Below, piece after piece: positions 35,525 to 45,786 of a stretch of 64,000 nucleotides of DNA. Below the pieces are notes generated by a model, which was not told the DNA's origin, did no database searches, and worked only from the letters and a program-made list of their open reading frames with translations. Origin of the DNA: Anaerolineales bacterium UBA2200 (GTDB lineage: Bacteria > Chloroflexota > Anaerolineae > UBA2200). Positions within the stretch are counted from its first letter, which is position 1; each line of letters opens with the position of its first letter. The stretch lies in contig DCVA01000043.1 in NCBI GenBank assembly GCA_002327925.1, positions 5,948-69,947 of the forward strand. The letters are read 5' to 3'. Made by a program: the position numbers and the translations under genes.

Positions 35525-37006
35525 ATGGACGAATTCTCGGTTCAGGGAATCAACCTGCAGGGGAGAAAGATCACCGTTCTGGGCCTCGCCCGGGAAGGTA
35601 GTGCTGTGTCTCGCTTCTGCGCGGAGCATGGCGCGCTGGTCACTGCGACTGACCTGAAGGGCCCGGACGAACTGGGGCCGGTCCTGCGAGAGCTGGAAGG
35701 CCTGCCCGTGCGCTACTTGCTGGGAGGACACCCGCTCGAAGTTTCGGACTGCGACATGATGTTTGTCAGCCCCGGAGTGCCTCTCGATTCGCCAATTCTG
35801 ATTCAGGCGCGCCAGATGCGCTTGCCTCTGGGGAGTGAAGCCAGGCTCTTTTCCCGCCTGTGCCCGGCGCCCGTCGCGGGAATCACAGGGTCTAGCGGCA
35901 AGACCACAACCAGCACGCTGACCGCACGGATACTTGAGGCAGCGGGGATGCAGGTGCATCTCGGCGGGAACATAGGCTATCCCTTGCTGAGCCGCCTTTC
36001 ATCGATCCGGCCCTCGGATGCGGTGGTGATGGAGCTGTCGAGCTTCCAGCTGGACTTTTTCGCGGACGAACTGGACGCAGAGCCAGCCGGCTCGCTGGCC
36101 AGCCCCCTCTATCCGCCGGGAGGGTGGAGCCCGCATGTGGCGGCTGTCCTGAATGTGACGCCGAACCACCTGGATCGACACCCGACGATGGAATCGTACA
36201 TCGCGGCCAAGCGCAAGATCCTGCTCTATCAGCGCCCGGACGATGTGGCCGTCCTGGGATGGGATGACCCGGTGACCAAAGGATTTCGCCGTCACTGTTC
36301 GGGGAGCGTGGCCTTTTTCAGTGTTCACGAGAGAGTGCCGCAGGGGGCGTATCTGAGGGGTGACACGCTGGTGTTGGCGCAGCAGGGGCGCGAGGTTGAT
36401 ATCTGCAACAGACGCGACCTGCTCCTGCGGGGGACCCACAACGTGTGTAACGTTCTGGCAGCCTGCGCTGTCGCCGCGGTGATGGGCGTGCAGGCTGACC
36501 TGATGGCAAAGGTGGCACGTACATTCGCTGGCGTTGAGCATCGCCTGGAATTAGTGGGGGAGATCGACGGAGTTCGCTATTTCAATGACTCCATCGCCAC
36601 ATCACCGGAACGGGCAATCGCCGCGCTGGCGTCGTTCGATGAGCCAGTGCTTCTACTGGCAGGCGGCAGGGACAAGCACCTGCCGTGGGAAACATGGGCG
36701 CACCTGGTGCAACGCAAGGCGACGATGGTGATCACGTTCGGCGAGGCAGCAACGTTGGTCGAGCATGCACTGCGCCAGCTGGAGGGGGCAACGCCCCCGG
36801 TGCGGAGCGCCGGCAGCCTCGAGCGTGCTGTTGAGCTGGCCCACGATGCTGCCCGACCCGGACAGGTGGTGCTGTTCTCACCGGGCGGCACGTCATTTGA
36901 CGCGTACCGTGACTACGTGGATCGGGGCGAGGCGTTCAAGACCATGGTTGGTCGACTCAGGGATGCCCATGAACACAGCCCTGACGAGGGCCGAAATGAT
37001 CGCTAG
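35525..37006 (+). CDS. murD: UDP-MurNAc-L-Ala:D-Glu ligase
   Basis: VSPGVP, GITGSSGKTTT, ELSSFQL, NVTPNHLDRH, NDSIAT and FSPGGTSFD. Confidence 0.96.
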   Translation: MDEFSVQGINLQGRKITVLGLAREGSAVSRFCAEHGALVTATDLKGPDELGPVLRELEGLPVRYLLGGHPLEVSDCDMMFVSPGVPLDSPILIQARQMRLPLGSEARLFSRLCPAPVAGITGSSGKTTTSTLTARILEAAGMQVHLGGNIGYPLLSRLSSIRPSDAVVMELSSFQLDFFADELDAEPAGSLASPLYPPGGWSPHVAAVLNVTPNHLDRHPTMESYIAAKRKILLYQRPDDVAVLGWDDPVTKGFRRHCSGSVAFFSVHERVPQGAYLRGDTLVLAQQGREVDICNRRDLLLRGTHNVCNVLAACAVAAVMGVQADLMAKVARTFAGVEHRLELVGEIDGVRYFNDSIATSPERAIAALASFDEPVLLLAGGRDKHLPWETWAHLVQRKATMVITFGEAATLVEHALRQLEGATPPVRSAGSLERAVELAHDAARPGQVVLFSPGGTSFDAYRDYVDRGEAFKTMVGRLRDAHEHSPDEGRNDR

Positions 37007-38174
37007 GCGCAAGGCAACCAAGAGTCTGGACTACCCGCTAATGTTGTCGGTGGTGGTGCTGGTCATCTTTGGGATCATGATGATCTTTAGCGCTACTTTC
37101 ACTTGGAAGACATCCACCACTTTCGTGTTGAAACAGGTAGCTTTTGCCGTGGTCGGTTTCGGCGCCATGGCATTCATGTCGCTCATTGACCAGCACATCC
37201 TCAGGCGCTGGGCCCTGCCTATCATGGGAATCTGCGTGGTAGCACTTGTGGGCGTGCTCTTCATGGGCGGGGGCGGTACGTCGAGCTGGGTGAGTGGGGC
37301 TTCAGTGCAGCCGACCGAGTTCGTCAAGCTCGGCTTCATCATCTACATGGCTGCCTGGCTTGCTCCGCAGGGAGGAAGGATTCGAGACATTACCTATGGC
37401 TTGATTCCTTTTGCCGTGCTGCTCGGGGTGGTGTGCGGCTTGATCGTTCTGGAGCCAGACGTTGGTGCGGCAGTGCTTATTGCGGGCACAGCACTGGCGA
37501 TGTTCTTCATTGCCGGTGCGGACATCAAGCAGCTCCTTTTCAGCATCCTGCTTGGGGCGGCGGTGCTCTACATACTGGTTTCAGCCCTGCCCTACGCCGG
37601 GGATCGAGTGAGGGTCTTTATCGACCCCAGCAGCGACCCTTTGCGTACTGGTTACCAGATACAGCGCATTCTCACAGCGCTGCGCTCGGGAGGAATGTTT
37701 GGTCGTGGGCTTGGAAACGGTGAATTCAAACAGATGCTGCCCCTTCCGCATACAGATGCGATTTTCCCCGTGATCGGGGAAGAGCTCGGAATGGTGGGCT
37801 GCCTGGTGGTTCTCGGTGTATACGGCTTGATCGTGTGGAGAGGGATGAAGATCTCCATCAACGCCCCGGATGTGTTCAGCTCTTTGCTGGCGGCGGGCGT
37901 GTCGTGCTGGATAGCACTCCAGGCTCTGGTACACATCGCTGGAAATACGGCGGCGCTGCCTTACACAGGCGTCACCTTGCCGTTCGTCAGCTATGGCGGA
38001 TCGTCACTCATCATGACCCTGGCGGGCGCGGGTGTCTTGCTGGGTGTGTCACGCGTAAAGGTGGACAAGCAAGTTGCAGCCAGTACGACTTTCGCTTTCG
38101 GGCGGCGGAACCGGCGGACACGTGTATCCCGCACTGGCCGTCGTCGAGGAATGGAAGCGCATCGCAGACGCTGA
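36969..38174 (+). CDS. ftsW: SEDS peptidoglycan polymerase FtsW
   Basis: SVQPTEFVKL, LEPDVG, GYQ....AL.SGG.FGRG, LPHTDAIF.VIGEELG and LPFVSYGGSSL. Confidence 0.93.
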   Translation: MNTALTRAEMIARRKATKSLDYPLMLSVVVLVIFGIMMIFSATFTWKTSTTFVLKQVAFAVVGFGAMAFMSLIDQHILRRWALPIMGICVVALVGVLFMGGGGTSSWVSGASVQPTEFVKLGFIIYMAAWLAPQGGRIRDITYGLIPFAVLLGVVCGLIVLEPDVGAAVLIAGTALAMFFIAGADIKQLLFSILLGAAVLYILVSALPYAGDRVRVFIDPSSDPLRTGYQIQRILTALRSGGMFGRGLGNGEFKQMLPLPHTDAIFPVIGEELGMVGCLVVLGVYGLIVWRGMKISINAPDVFSSLLAAGVSCWIALQALVHIAGNTAALPYTGVTLPFVSYGGSSLIMTLAGAGVLLGVSRVKVDKQVAASTTFAFGRRNRRTRVSRTGRRRGMEAHRRR

Positions 38175-39207
38175 TCCCGACCTACCCAGACTGGCGGACG
38201 TGCTCTACATTGGGGCAGAGGGTGGCCTGGAGACAGGTATCGTTCCGCGTGCCGGCGTTCGCATGCTCACGGTCAAGGCCGGAGCGCTTCGCGGGGTGGG
38301 ACCCGTGCGGCTGGCGACCAACATCGTGTCGCTCCTGCGCGGATGTCTGCAGGCAGTCGCGATCCTGAGGCAGTATAGGCCCGATGTGCTCCTAGCGACG
38401 GGCGGATATGCATCCACGCCGGCGGCGGTTGCGGCGCGGTTGATCGGCTGCCCGGTGCTTGTATACCTGCCGGACATCCGGCCGGGTCTGGCGGTGCGCT
38501 TCCTGTCTCACCTGGCGCAGAGAGTTGCGGTATCGTTTGAAGCGGCCGTCGGCCACTTTCCGCCGCGCAAGGTAGTGCTGACCGGATACCCGGTACGGCC
38601 GGCCTTGTTTGGCAGGGATCGGGAGTCGGCGCGACAGCAGATGGGTTTGGACCCGGCGCGAAAGACCATCCTGGTTTTGGGTGGTAGTCGAGGCGCACGC
38701 AGCATCAATCGAGCGGTGGACGAGGCGCTGGAGGAGTTGCTGAGGGTGGCACAGGTAGTACACATGACAGGCGACAGCGACTATGCGGCCGCGATAAAGC
38801 GGCGGGAAATGCTCCCTCCGGCGGTCAGGGGCAGCTATCATGTCTTCTCCTACCTTTACGAAGAGATGGTGCCGGCCATGCTGTCGGCCGACATGGCCAT
38901 TGCGCGAGCCGGAGCGGCAACTATGGGCGAATTCGCCGCAGCGGGGCTCCCGAGTATTCTGGTGCCCTATCCCTATTCCGGCCAGCACCAGGAAGCGAAT
39001 GCCGAGTTCATGGCCAGCCAGGGAGCGGCGCGCCACATGCCTGAGAGCTCCCTATCTGGCGAGGCTCTTGCACGAGTTGTGGAGGCAATGTTGAAGGACG
39101 AGACTTCACTGGGTGCCATGTCGGACCGCGCCGCTCGACTGGCCCGGCGTAATGCGGCACGGGACATCGCCCGTGAGCTGGCACAACTGGCTGGAGGACA
39201 ATCATGA
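38074..39207 (+). CDS. murG: Undecaprenyl-PP-MurNAc-pentapeptide GlcNAc transferase
   Basis: GGGTGGHVYPAL, GGYAS, GYPVR, GGSRGA, RAGA.T..E and HQEANA. Confidence 0.95.
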   Translation: MQPVRLSLSGGGTGGHVYPALAVVEEWKRIADADPDLPRLADVLYIGAEGGLETGIVPRAGVRMLTVKAGALRGVGPVRLATNIVSLLRGCLQAVAILRQYRPDVLLATGGYASTPAAVAARLIGCPVLVYLPDIRPGLAVRFLSHLAQRVAVSFEAAVGHFPPRKVVLTGYPVRPALFGRDRESARQQMGLDPARKTILVLGGSRGARSINRAVDEALEELLRVAQVVHMTGDSDYAAAIKRREMLPPAVRGSYHVFSYLYEEMVPAMLSADMAIARAGAATMGEFAAAGLPSILVPYPYSGQHQEANAEFMASQGAARHMPESSLSGEALARVVEAMLKDETSLGAMSDRAARLARRNAARDIARELAQLAGGQS

Positions 39208-39863
39208 GTAGCCCCTTGACCCTGTTCGTTTCCTACGACCAGCTAGTCCTCCTGATCATGGCCCTGTTCATGTTCGTGGGAGTGATGAGAGGCTTTTCCC
39301 GGGAGGCTGTCACAACCGTCGGACTCGCCGTGCTTCTGGCACTGCTGGCCAAGCCGGCTCTGGCGGGGCCTCTTGTCAGCTACCTGTCGCGGCTGGTGCG
39401 ACTGATCATCGCATTCTTTGAATCAAGATTCTCGGTGGATCCGGATGTCTTGCTCAAGTACTATCAGGAAGCGGCAGTGCCCTTCAGTTCGCAGAATCCC
39501 TATCCCGTACTCATCGTCGTGATGGCTTTGTTCGTGATCCTGTCCTACGGTACCCGCGGACAGGACAAGGATACATCGGCACTGGGGCGGTTGCTGGGCG
39601 GAGGATTTGGCCTGTTGAATGGCTTTCTGGTGATCACGCTGTTCAAGGAATACGTGATTCGTTATTTGATGCAGCGGTCGCCGGCCGTTGCCGTCGCAGG
39701 CAAGCCCTCCCAGTTTTCAGTTGCCGTTCAGGGTCTGCCGGCGCAAGGGGCAACGTCGGGTGACTACTCGTGGCTCCTGCTCCTGGTGATCGCAGTCCTC
39801 GTCGCTTATCTGCTGGTACGAAATGGGCGGCGTAGCGCCAAGAGTCGAAAGGGTAGTGCGTGA
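39204..39863 (+). CDS. CvpA-like (colicin V production family) membrane protein
   Basis: G..RGF.RE at the N-terminus and RLLGGGFGLLNG, with 4-5 TM segments. Confidence 0.6.
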   Translation: MSSPLTLFVSYDQLVLLIMALFMFVGVMRGFSREAVTTVGLAVLLALLAKPALAGPLVSYLSRLVRLIIAFFESRFSVDPDVLLKYYQEAAVPFSSQNPYPVLIVVMALFVILSYGTRGQDKDTSALGRLLGGGFGLLNGFLVITLFKEYVIRYLMQRSPAVAVAGKPSQFSVAVQGLPAQGATSGDYSWLLLLVIAVLVAYLLVRNGRRSAKSRKGSA

Positions 39864-41284
39864 GCGGCTCAGTTCTGCTGGACGGAGGGCAGGTCAAGCA
39901 TATCCATTTCGTGGGTATTGCCGGCATCGGCCTGAGCGCCATCGCGCGAGTCTTGAGCGCGGATGGCTTTGTGGTGTCTGGATCCGACATCCAGAGCTCC
40001 GCATTGACGGAAGATCTGGCCAAGTTGGGCATCACTGTGGCGCTGGGACACAGACCCGAGAACGTGGCCGGGGCAGATCTGGTCGTGGTCTCATCGGCAG
40101 TCAAGGACGGCAACCAGGAGGTTGAGGCCGCTCGACTGGCGGGCGTACCGGTCGTCAAGCGCGAACGAGTACTGGGCGACATGATGGCCAGGAAGTTGGG
40201 AATTGCCGTGGCCGGTACGCATGGCAAGACCACTACGTCCGCCTTCATTGCCTACCTGCTTGCGGCACTGGGCTTGGATCCAACGTTCATTGTGGGCGGC
40301 GTCCTTCAGGATCATGGCACGAACGCCAGGTTCGGACGCGGCCAGCACTTTGTCGTCGAAGCGGATGAGTACGACCACATGTTCCTGGGCCTCTGCCCAA
40401 CGTTGGCCGTGATCACAGTAATTGAGATGGACCATCCAGACTGTTATGTGGGCATCGAGCAGATGACCGATGCTTTTAGCCGCTTTGCGCAGCGAATACC
40501 TGCCGGGGGCACGCTGATCGGTTGCGCCGATCAGCCTCGTGTGCTTGACCTCATGCGCCAAACGCAGCAGTCCGGGACGGTCGAAGTGGTCGGCTACGGG
40601 CTCCACTGCGGGCAATGGCAGGCGAGGAGCATCAGATCGAACAGTCTTGGTGGCAGCGATTTCGTCGTTATGCACAAAGGGCAGAAGGCGGCGGACGCCC
40701 GGATCGTTCTGCCCGGTCTGCACAACGTGACGAACTGTCTAGCAGTCCTGGCGGTGACGGATCGACTCGGGCTGGATCTGGCCAGCGTGATCGAGCTGCT
40801 GCCAGGGTTCCACGGGGTAAAGCGTCGCTTTGAGTTCAAAGGCGAGTGCGCTGGCATAACCGTTATCGATGACTACGCTCACCATCCAACGGAAATCTGC
40901 GCCACCCTGGCAGCGGCCAGGCGCCGATTTGGTGCACGGAGAATATGGGTATTCTTCCAGCCGCACACGTACACGCGGACCAAGGCATTGTTCTCCGAAT
41001 TCGCAACCAGCTTTGACCTGGCGGACCATGTACTGGTTGGCGAGATCTTTGCGGCGCGAGAGACGGACACGCTCGGGCTGTCGGGGCGAGACCTTGTGCA
41101 GAAGATGGCGCATTCGGACGCGCGCTTTGTCGGCTCGCTGCATGACGCCGCAGATGCCTTGTGTGCCGAGCTTCGCCCGGACGATGTGCTGGTGACCCTT
41201 GGGGCAGGTGATGGGTACAGGGTGGGAGAAGAGGTGCTGGCACGTCTGAGAGCACAGCAAGACTCTGCGGCGAGAAGGTCGTAG
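39860..41284 (+). CDS. murC: UDP-MurNAc:L-Ala ligase
   Basis: HFVGIAGIGLS, AGTHGKTTTS, EADEYD, DDYAHHPTEI, FQPHTYTRT and LGAGD. Confidence 0.97.
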   Translation: MSGSVLLDGGQVKHIHFVGIAGIGLSAIARVLSADGFVVSGSDIQSSALTEDLAKLGITVALGHRPENVAGADLVVVSSAVKDGNQEVEAARLAGVPVVKRERVLGDMMARKLGIAVAGTHGKTTTSAFIAYLLAALGLDPTFIVGGVLQDHGTNARFGRGQHFVVEADEYDHMFLGLCPTLAVITVIEMDHPDCYVGIEQMTDAFSRFAQRIPAGGTLIGCADQPRVLDLMRQTQQSGTVEVVGYGLHCGQWQARSIRSNSLGGSDFVVMHKGQKAADARIVLPGLHNVTNCLAVLAVTDRLGLDLASVIELLPGFHGVKRRFEFKGECAGITVIDDYAHHPTEICATLAAARRRFGARRIWVFFQPHTYTRTKALFSEFATSFDLADHVLVGEIFAARETDTLGLSGRDLVQKMAHSDARFVGSLHDAADALCAELRPDDVLVTLGAGDGYRVGEEVLARLRAQQDSAARRS

Positions 41285-41515
41285 GAGGCAATCCATGTGC
41301 GGTCGGCTGCGGAGAGGGTTCACGAATGTACTGCGGGCGAAGGCCGGTCAGCAGCCTCGTCGCGGCGCGCCACCGGCTGTGAATAGTCACGAGGAAGCCC
41401 ATGATCAGGCACTGTCTCCGGGATGGCAGCGTTTGCTCGGTTCAGTGGCGGCCTCCGGGACCGACAGGCGCTTGAAATAGTGAACTTGGGCATGGTCGGG
41501 GCAGGATTGCGTGCA

Positions 41516-42490
41516 ATGGCGGGAAAACGGAGCATCAGACGCCGTCCAACGCAGGGGCAACTGGTGGCTTTGGCAGGATTGAAGGAGAGGCTCGCGCCCG
41601 ATGTCATGGCCGACGAACCGCTCTCGAGGCACACGACATTCGGAATCGGCGGTCCCGCGGACCTCTTCGTGACGGCGAGGTCGCGTTTCCAACTGGAGGA
41701 GTTCGTGCGCCTGGCGTACGAGAGCGGGGTGCCGTACCTGGTGATCGGAAGCGGCGCCAACCTGCTGGTGGCAGATCGCGGCGTGCGCGGGCTGGTGGTG
41801 CAAAATGCGTGCAGTGATATAGAGGTAGCATCGTGCGAGCATCATCCTGGGCAGAGGGTGCAGGCCGATTCCGGGTGCCTGTTGAGGCAGGTTGCGGCGC
41901 ACACCATGGGGCTGGGGCTCGCGGGCTTGGAGTGGGCCGTGGATGTACCTGGTTCTGTGGGGGGAGCAGTAGTCGGCAATGCCGGCGCGTTTGGCGGCTA
42001 CACGGGCGACAGTTTGAGTCGAGCGTTGGTGTTCGAACCTGCCCTGGGAGAACGTTGGTGGCCCAAGGACGAGTTGCAGATGGAGTACCGAAGCAGCTAC
42101 TTCAAGCGGCGGTGTCCCACAGACGCGCCTGCGTCAGTGCTTCTCGCAGCCGAGTTCGTGCTGTTCCCCGGTGACCGGGTGGAGATAGAGGCTCGAGCGG
42201 AGAAGAACAGGATCCGGCGCCGCGAAACGCAACCCGCCGGTCTTTGCGCAGGCAGCGTCTTTAAGCGCACAGCAGAGCACGCGGCGGGGTACCTGATCGA
42301 GCAGGCGGGTCTGAAAGGCACCAGAGTTGGCGACGCAATCGTGTCCACCCAACATGCGAACTTTATCCTGAACCTAGGCACGGCGAGTGCGAGGGATGTG
42401 CGGGAGCTCATCGAGATAGTAAGGGGACGGGTGTGCGACCGCTTTCAGGTCCAGCTTGATCTGGAGATTGAACTGGTGGGTGAATGGTGA
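41516..42490 (+). CDS. murB: UDP-N-acetylenolpyruvoylglucosamine reductase (start uncertain)
   Basis: HTTFGIGGPAD, GSGANLLV.D, PGSVGGAVVGNAGA, AGSVFK, HANFILN and LDLEI. Confidence 0.95.
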   Translation: MAGKRSIRRRPTQGQLVALAGLKERLAPDVMADEPLSRHTTFGIGGPADLFVTARSRFQLEEFVRLAYESGVPYLVIGSGANLLVADRGVRGLVVQNACSDIEVASCEHHPGQRVQADSGCLLRQVAAHTMGLGLAGLEWAVDVPGSVGGAVVGNAGAFGGYTGDSLSRALVFEPALGERWWPKDELQMEYRSSYFKRRCPTDAPASVLLAAEFVLFPGDRVEIEARAEKNRIRRRETQPAGLCAGSVFKRTAEHAAGYLIEQAGLKGTRVGDAIVSTQHANFILNLGTASARDVRELIEIVRGRVCDRFQVQLDLEIELVGEW

Positions 42491-43605
42491 AGAAGATAAG
42501 GGTTGGCGTAGTGTTCGGGGGGCGCTCTGGCGAGCACGAGGTTTCATTACTCTCGGCCACGTCGGTGATGAGGGCTCTCGACCGCTCCAAATACGACATA
42601 ATCCCGATTGGGATCAGCAGAGAAGGCAGGTGGCTGACCGATGGGGATCCGATGGACGAACTCCAACGCCTGGTGAGCGGCAGGGAGGAGCCTTCCCTGG
42701 CCCCCCGACAGGCCCAACAGAACCGTGCGGTAGCGGCTGTGGGAGTGGACAGGAGAGAGCTGGTGCCCGGGGTGCGGGAAGGCGTTCCAGGGATCGACGT
42801 GCTCTTTCCGGTATTGCACGGTCCCTACGGGGAGGACGGTACGGTACAAGGACTGTTGGAGCTGGCCAACATACCCTATGTCGGCTCAGGAGTGCTTGGC
42901 TCTGCGCTGGCCATGGACAAAGCGGCGATGAAGGCGGTCTTTTCGGCTGCGGGCTTCCCGACGGCCGCGTCCCTGCTGGTGAGGCGATGGGAGTGGCAGC
43001 AGGCCAGCGACCAGGTGCGACGCAGTGTCAAAGAACGGATAGGGTACCCGTGCTTCGTCAAGCCGGTCAATCTGGGCTCGAGTGTGGGCGTTTCGAAGGT
43101 GCACGACGAAGACGAGCTCGGTGGCGCTCTCGAGCTGGCAGCTCGCTACGACCGCAGGTTGTTGGTGGAACAGGCCATCAATGCGCGGGAGATCGAGTGC
43201 AGCGTCCTTGGCAACGATCAGCCGATGGCCTCCCTTCCTGGCGAGGTGATCCCCAAACGTGAGTTCTACGACTATCAGGCCAAGTACCTCGACGACGACA
43301 CTGAGCTGATCGTTCCGGCGGACCTGCCGGCGGCCACCGTGAGCACCATACAGGATCTGGCGGTGCGCGCGTTCTTGGCTCTGGATTGCGCCGGAATGGC
43401 GCGGGCCGACTTCTTTGTCGACCGGGTTACTGGGCTTGTGTATATCAACGAGTTGAACACGATCCCCGGCTTCACCGCAGTCAGCATGTACCCTCGGATG
43501 TGGGAAGCGAGCGGGCTGCCCTATCCCGAGTTGCTGGATCGGCTTATCCAGCTGGCTTTCGACCGGCATGATGAGAGAAGCCGGATGTCTACCTCCAACA
43601 GGTGA
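42484..43605 (+). CDS. ddl: D-alanine--D-alanine ligase
   Basis: FGGRSGEHEVS, LHGPYGEDG, GSSVG, FYDYQAKY and NELNTIPGFT. Confidence 0.97.
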   Translation: MVKKIRVGVVFGGRSGEHEVSLLSATSVMRALDRSKYDIIPIGISREGRWLTDGDPMDELQRLVSGREEPSLAPRQAQQNRAVAAVGVDRRELVPGVREGVPGIDVLFPVLHGPYGEDGTVQGLLELANIPYVGSGVLGSALAMDKAAMKAVFSAAGFPTAASLLVRRWEWQQASDQVRRSVKERIGYPCFVKPVNLGSSVGVSKVHDEDELGGALELAARYDRRLLVEQAINAREIECSVLGNDQPMASLPGEVIPKREFYDYQAKYLDDDTELIVPADLPAATVSTIQDLAVRAFLALDCAGMARADFFVDRVTGLVYINELNTIPGFTAVSMYPRMWEASGLPYPELLDRLIQLAFDRHDERSRMSTSNR

Positions 43606-44423
43606 CAATGATGAAGACAACATCGAACCTTGGCTCAAGACGAGTAGTCCGCAATCCCAGGCGCACGCGACGCAGCTACAAGCGATACAACTACGCAGCC
43701 ACGGGGGTCTTGCCCAACGTCGGGATTCGCGGTGCTTCTGCCCATCCCAGTCGCGTGGTGGCTCTGGCTATGGCCTGTCTGATGATCGGACTAATCATCT
43801 GGTTTGCCGCTGATCTGCGCTTTTACGTCTTTGCCGCTCAGGTGCAGGGTTCGTCGCTGGCCAGCGCAGATGAGATCTTCAGGGCGGCAGGCCTGAACGG
43901 GATGAGCATATTCCACATCAACCCTGGCAAGGTGGCCAGCGACATCCGGGCGCGGATTCCCGGCGTGGAGCAGGTGAGCGTGCAACTGGCGCTGCCTGAC
44001 GCAGTAGAATTGCTGGTTCGTGAAGGCGATGCTCGATTCGTGTGGCGCTCGCTTGATGTCTCCTATCTGGTTGACGGCGACGGTCGGGTGCTGGGCAGTG
44101 GCGGATCGGTTGCCAACAGCTGGGTGACGATCAACGACCTGGATGGGCATCCGGTCCTGCTCGGGGGCTCTGTGCACAAGGATGCCTGCAACGCCGCGAG
44201 CCAGCTGCAGAGTCTGCTGCCAGAGGTGCGCTCTTTTGACTATTCCGAGGCGAAGGGAATCAGTCTGCTGGATATGCGTGGCTGGCGAGTCTACTTCGGC
44301 GATGCACAGGATATTGCCCACAAGGTAGCCGTCTGGCAGGGTATTGTGCAAAAGCTGGATGCGGAGGGTCAGCAGGCATCGGTCATCGATGTGCGGTTCC
44401 CGGATGCGGCTTACTACAGGTGA
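43602..44423 (+). CDS. ftsQ: Cell division protein FtsQ/DivIB
   Basis: Basic N-terminal tail, one TM, a POTRA-like domain and a C-terminal IDVRFP. Lies directly before ftsA. Confidence 0.85.
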   Translation: MTMMKTTSNLGSRRVVRNPRRTRRSYKRYNYAATGVLPNVGIRGASAHPSRVVALAMACLMIGLIIWFAADLRFYVFAAQVQGSSLASADEIFRAAGLNGMSIFHINPGKVASDIRARIPGVEQVSVQLALPDAVELLVREGDARFVWRSLDVSYLVDGDGRVLGSGGSVANSWVTINDLDGHPVLLGGSVHKDACNAASQLQSLLPEVRSFDYSEAKGISLLDMRGWRVYFGDAQDIAHKVAVWQGIVQKLDAEGQQASVIDVRFPDAAYYR

Positions 44424-44486
44424 TGTCGTCAGGAGCAGGTGGTCGATGAATCAGCGCCGGGCATCACTCGGAGGGCGGAGGTAAGG

Positions 44487-45722
44487 TTGGAGCGAACCAT
44501 AGTCGGCATTGACGTGGGCACTACGAAGGTCTGCACGTTGATCGGTGAGGTCGATGAGGGGGGGCAGGTTTGTGTGGTCGGCGTCGGAGTTGCCCCCTCA
44601 CAAGGGTTGACAAAGGGCGTTGTGGTCAACGTGGAGGACGCAACCAAGTCCGTCGCTGCCTCCATAGAGAAGGCCGAGCGGGTGTCGGGCTACAGCATCG
44701 AGGCGGCCTACCTCGGCCTCGCCGGCAAGCATATTGCCTCCGTCAACAGCCGGGGTGTGGTTGCTGTGGGGCGAGGGGAAAGGTACATTACCGAGGACGA
44801 CGTGGCGCGCGCTATCGAGGCAGCGCAGGCCATCGCCGTGCCTCACAGCCGCGAAATCGTGCATGTGCTGCCTCGGAGTTATATCCTCGACGGGCAAGAG
44901 GGCGTTCGGGACCCGGTGGGCATGATGGGGTTTCGACTTGAGGTCGAGGCCCATATCGTCACGGGGGCGGTGCCGTCAATTCGCAACCTGGTGCAATGTC
45001 TCGAGAACGCGCACGTCGAGGTGAATGAGCTGGTGTTGCAGCCGCTCGCGTCCGCAGAAGCGGTCCTTACTCTGGACGAGCGTGAGACGGGGGTTGCACT
45101 GGTGGATGCGGGAGGCGGCACGACCGACGTGGCAATTCTGGCCGAAGGGGCCATCGGTCACAGTGTGGTGCTGCCCGTCGGTGGGAACAACCTGACCAAT
45201 GACCTCGCTGTTGGGCTGCGAACGCCGTTCAGCGTAGCTGAACAGCTCAAGATCCGTTACGGTCACGCCCTTCCAGAAATGGTCGACCCGGCGGAAATGA
45301 TCGATGTGACTGCCTTTGGCGAGGCAGAGATCAAGACCCTGCCACGTCGTGAGCTGGTAGAGATACTGGAAGCGCGTTGCGAGGAGATATGCGCGATGGT
45401 GCAGGAAGAGATCAGGCGCTCCGGCTTTGAAGGGCTGCTCCCGGCCGGTGTGGTGCTGACCGGCGGGACTGCTGACCTCCCGGGGTTCAAGGAGCTCGCC
45501 GCTGAGATGCTGCAGATGCCCGTACGCGTGGGACGTGCGCGCAACGTGGGCGGCCTGGCTGATGCGGTCAGCAACCCTGCCTACGCTACAGCGGTTGGCC
45601 TGCTGCAATGGGGGTTGCGCAACGGGTCGCCGGAGAAGCGAACCCCGAAGAGGGGCGAAAGCGCTTGGTCAGAGTTGTTCATCAAGTTCAAGGAAGGTCT
45701 CAGGGCGCTGTTGCCGCGCTAG
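44487..45722 (+). CDS. ftsA: Cell division protein FtsA
   Basis: GIDVGTTKV, VDAGGGTTD, AEQLKIRYG, LTGGTA and a C-terminal amphipathic helix. Confidence 0.97.
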   Translation: MERTIVGIDVGTTKVCTLIGEVDEGGQVCVVGVGVAPSQGLTKGVVVNVEDATKSVAASIEKAERVSGYSIEAAYLGLAGKHIASVNSRGVVAVGRGERYITEDDVARAIEAAQAIAVPHSREIVHVLPRSYILDGQEGVRDPVGMMGFRLEVEAHIVTGAVPSIRNLVQCLENAHVEVNELVLQPLASAEAVLTLDERETGVALVDAGGGTTDVAILAEGAIGHSVVLPVGGNNLTNDLAVGLRTPFSVAEQLKIRYGHALPEMVDPAEMIDVTAFGEAEIKTLPRRELVEILEARCEEICAMVQEEIRRSGFEGLLPAGVVLTGGTADLPGFKELAAEMLQMPVRVGRARNVGGLADAVSNPAYATAVGLLQWGLRNGSPEKRTPKRGESAWSELFIKFKEGLRALLPR

Positions 45723-45786
45723 TGCGTACCCGTGGAGAGCGGCTATCGCTCGCCCGGCGCCAGACAGGTAGGAAAGGAGTCATAGA

